Virus record (IMG/VR): IMGVR_UViG_3300037461_000368
Coordinates: 1-55,992 of that record
Reading direction: 5' to 3' (one strand)
Length of the DNA stretch: 55,992 nt
From: a virus
Taxonomy: Duplodnaviria; Caudoviricetes
Part shown: positions 54,036 to 55,992 of the stretch, piece after piece
How positions within the stretch are numbered: the first letter of the stretch is position 1
How the letters are laid out: every line of letters starts with the position of its first letter
The notes under the pieces: generated by a model
Databases searched by the model: none
Seen by the model: only the letters and a program-made list of their open reading frames with translations
Told to the model about the DNA's origin: nothing
Program-made: the position numbers and the translations under genes

Positions 54036-55031
54036 CTACTCCTTCGGAAGCGCAGAGATCTTCGTGATCCTTGCTCCGCCCTTCGTGCGTTTCTTTTCGA
54101 CGAGCCAATGGCCGACTGCGATGCGATCGTTGTCCGGATACCGTTCCCAGGCCCACGACTTCACCCATTCATCCATATCCTTGAACGTTTGCGACGCATC
54201 TTCTGCCGCCGCTCTCGCATCGAACTTCTTCGCCGCCTCCTCGTCCGGCACGAACGCGATCGCCTTCTTACCGGCCGGCATATCGGGAAGGCACAGGTGT
54301 GCGAAGGGACACTCGCCGCAGGTGTCTTCGCCGTACGGGATACGGTCCGGCAGCGTCCCGGCGGCGACGTGCGCGTTGATGCGCTCGCAGCGCTGGATCA
54401 GGCTCTCGGCGTAGCCGTAGTCGAGCGGGACGTTGATCTGGAGCAGGGCCCCCGTGCTCTTGTTCTTCATGAGCAGGATCGCCACGTCCGAGTTCTTGCA
54501 GAGCATGTAGACCTGTAGCTGCGCCAGGTAGCGCCGGAGCCACGGCTTGCCCTGGAACGCGCGCTCGACTTCGTGCCAGGCGTAGACGCCGCGCCCACGA
54601 TACGCGATCGAGCGCCAGATGTGATCCGAGCTGCTCTTGATCTCGATCGGGACCGCCTTGCCGTCTACGACGATCACGCCATCGACGTGTCCCGTGAGCT
54701 GATACTCCGGCCACGAGAGCGCCGTCTGCTGCTCCAGGATCTCGATCCCGGCCGCGCGTAGGTCACGCAGGACGGCTTCTTCGTGGACGCGGCCCTCGCG
54801 AAAGATCAGCTCCAGGTCCACCTCGTGCGGGGTCTTCTGGTCCCAGCTCGTGCGTTCGTAGACGAGCTGCCGTTCGCAATCGCCGCCGATCGACGACGCT
54901 CGATTCGAGTGGCACGGCCAGACCTTGATCTGTGCCGTGGCGTGGTCGTAGTATTTCTTGACCAGGCTCGGCATGGTCTCGGGCTCGCACGGCATGACGA
55001 CGCCGGTCGGGGTCTCGTGTTGCTTCCCCAT
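54036..55031 (-). CDS. Cas4-like PD-(D/E)XK exonuclease with 4 Cys
   Basis: ASSIGGDCER, GHVDG, EIKS, QLQVY, CGECPFAHLC. Confidence 0.85.
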   Translation of the reverse strand: MGKQHETPTGVVMPCEPETMPSLVKKYYDHATAQIKVWPCHSNRASSIGGDCERQLVYERTSWDQKTPHEVDLELIFREGRVHEEAVLRDLRAAGIEILEQQTALSWPEYQLTGHVDGVIVVDGKAVPIEIKSSSDHIWRSIAYRGRGVYAWHEVERAFQGKPWLRRYLAQLQVYMLCKNSDVAILLMKNKSTGALLQINVPLDYGYAESLIQRCERINAHVAAGTLPDRIPYGEDTCGECPFAHLCLPDMPAGKKAIAFVPDEEAAKKFDARAAAEDASQTFKDMDEWVKSWAWERYPDNDRIAVGHWLVEKKRTKGGARITKISALPKE

Positions 55032-55034
55032 GGC

Positions 55035-55992
55035 TTACGCTCCTTCCTGCGTGAGCGCGCCTTCGGGCGGCTCGGCCTTGAACTTTCGCCACTCTTCGCG
55101 AACGCGGTGGACGGCGACCTCGGCGCGCTTGTCCGTCAGGTCTGCGATACTCTTGACGCCCGCGACCGTGGTGCCGTCTTTCCCCTCGAACTCCGTCAGC
55201 CGTTCCAGGATTCCGCCCGCGACGCCCTTATCGCCGTCGGCCATCTCAAGGAGCATGTCGGCGATCTCCTTCTTGGTCGCGTTCATGGTCCCCTTCCCGG
55301 TCGCCGCCTGCGCCTGCCGCTCCTCGCTGCCACGGTACGTGATCCCCGGGATACGGCCGGGGTCCTTGCCGGCGGCCTTGAGCGCGCCGATCACTTCGTC
55401 CTTCGAGAACGTGAGCGCGAGCAACTTGCGCGTGGCGCGTCCGCGAGCGCGCGATATCGCCGTGTTGCGGACGTGCGATCTCCGGATCTCCGAGAGCGGC
55501 AACCGGCGCGGACGTTTCTTGCCGTCCGGTCCCGTCTCGGTGCCGTTGAAGAACCCGTCGCTCGTCGCCGCCGAACTCGAGTCCGTCAGGTAGCGTCCCT
55601 GAAATTTCGCGGTCGTCGTCGCGAAGAACTCGATCACGGGGCCGCGCTCATCGTTATAGTGGACGGCATCGACCTTCGTGTCGTCGAAGACGACGCCGAA
55701 GAACTGCGCGAACTTCAAGGCGCCCGTCTCGGCGAGGTACGGCTTGTCGCCCGTCATCACCCAGTCGCTGGGGTCCGTCTCCTGGATCGCGAGCGCGCGT
55801 AGACCTCGGTGGATCTGGATCATGTCCTTGGCGCGTGCCAGCGTATGCTCGCCCCACGCCTCGGTCGGCAGGAGCGGGGAGGTCGTGGCCGATCGCGCGG
55901 CGGCGAGCTCGGCCTGGTCGTTCACACGGATCGGCGCGAGCGATGTCGGCGCCACTTCCGGCGCGTATTCCTCCTCGTACGGGTCGTGTCCG
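55035..55992 (-). CDS. Putative single-strand annealing protein (allele B; 5' end beyond the window)
   Basis: Open to the window edge; paired with the exonuclease. Confidence 0.65.
   Translation of the reverse strand, partial: GHDPYEEEYAPEVAPTSLAPIRVNDQAELAAARSATTSPLLPTEAWGEHTLARAKDMIQIHRGLRALAIQETDPSDWVMTGDKPYLAETGALKFAQFFGVVFDDTKVDAVHYNDERGPVIEFFATTTAKFQGRYLTDSSSAATSDGFFNGTETGPDGKKRPRRLPLSEIRRSHVRNTAISRARGRATRKLLALTFSKDEVIGALKAAGKDPGRIPGITYRGSEERQAQAATGKGTMNATKKEIADMLLEMADGDKGVAGGILERLTEFEGKDGTTVAGVKSIADLTDKRAEVAVHRVREEWRKFKAEPPEGALTQEGA
55288..55992 (+). repeat. Diverged copy of positions 1-708
   Basis: First 99 bp identical, then many substitutions and one 3-bp indel. Confidence 0.95.

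Noticed and set aside
54036-55031. CRISPR-associated cas4
   Set aside because: No other cas genes or array; the context is an exonuclease/annealing-protein recombination pair

Overview
The window is an essentially complete (~55.3 kb), GC-rich temperate siphovirus genome in its excised/circular form. Position 1 re-appears at 55288: the first 99 bp are identical, then the two ends continue as diverged alleles of one recombination gene. Layout: early leftward genes, xis, a repressor-like HTH, tyrosine integrase and an attP matching the 3' half of tRNA-Pro(GGG) (1-6.4 kb). Then a rightward HK97-type head and lambda-like tail operon (6.5-41.1 kb), and a leftward arm with glycosyl/methyltransferases, replication, ParB-like, HNH-AP2 and recombination genes (41.2-56 kb). 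The most striking feature is a modular appendage system. Three giant proteins carry ~40 copies of a 21-aa Ala/Thr repeat interleaved with beta-helix domains; two are fused to core tail parts (tail terminator, distal-tail domain). They are accompanied by two paralogous ~125-aa subunits and two paralogous partner proteins. Also notable: a highly structured 230-nt intergenic region at 43.5-43.7 kb whose hairpin loop mirrors the leaders of both genes at the putative lysis/lysogeny switch, a 24-bp perfect palindrome inside an HTH gene next to a ParB-like gene, a stand-alone anti-sigma zinc finger, and a glycan-modification gene set. All protein calls come from motif recognition and synteny by eye; no database searches were run.
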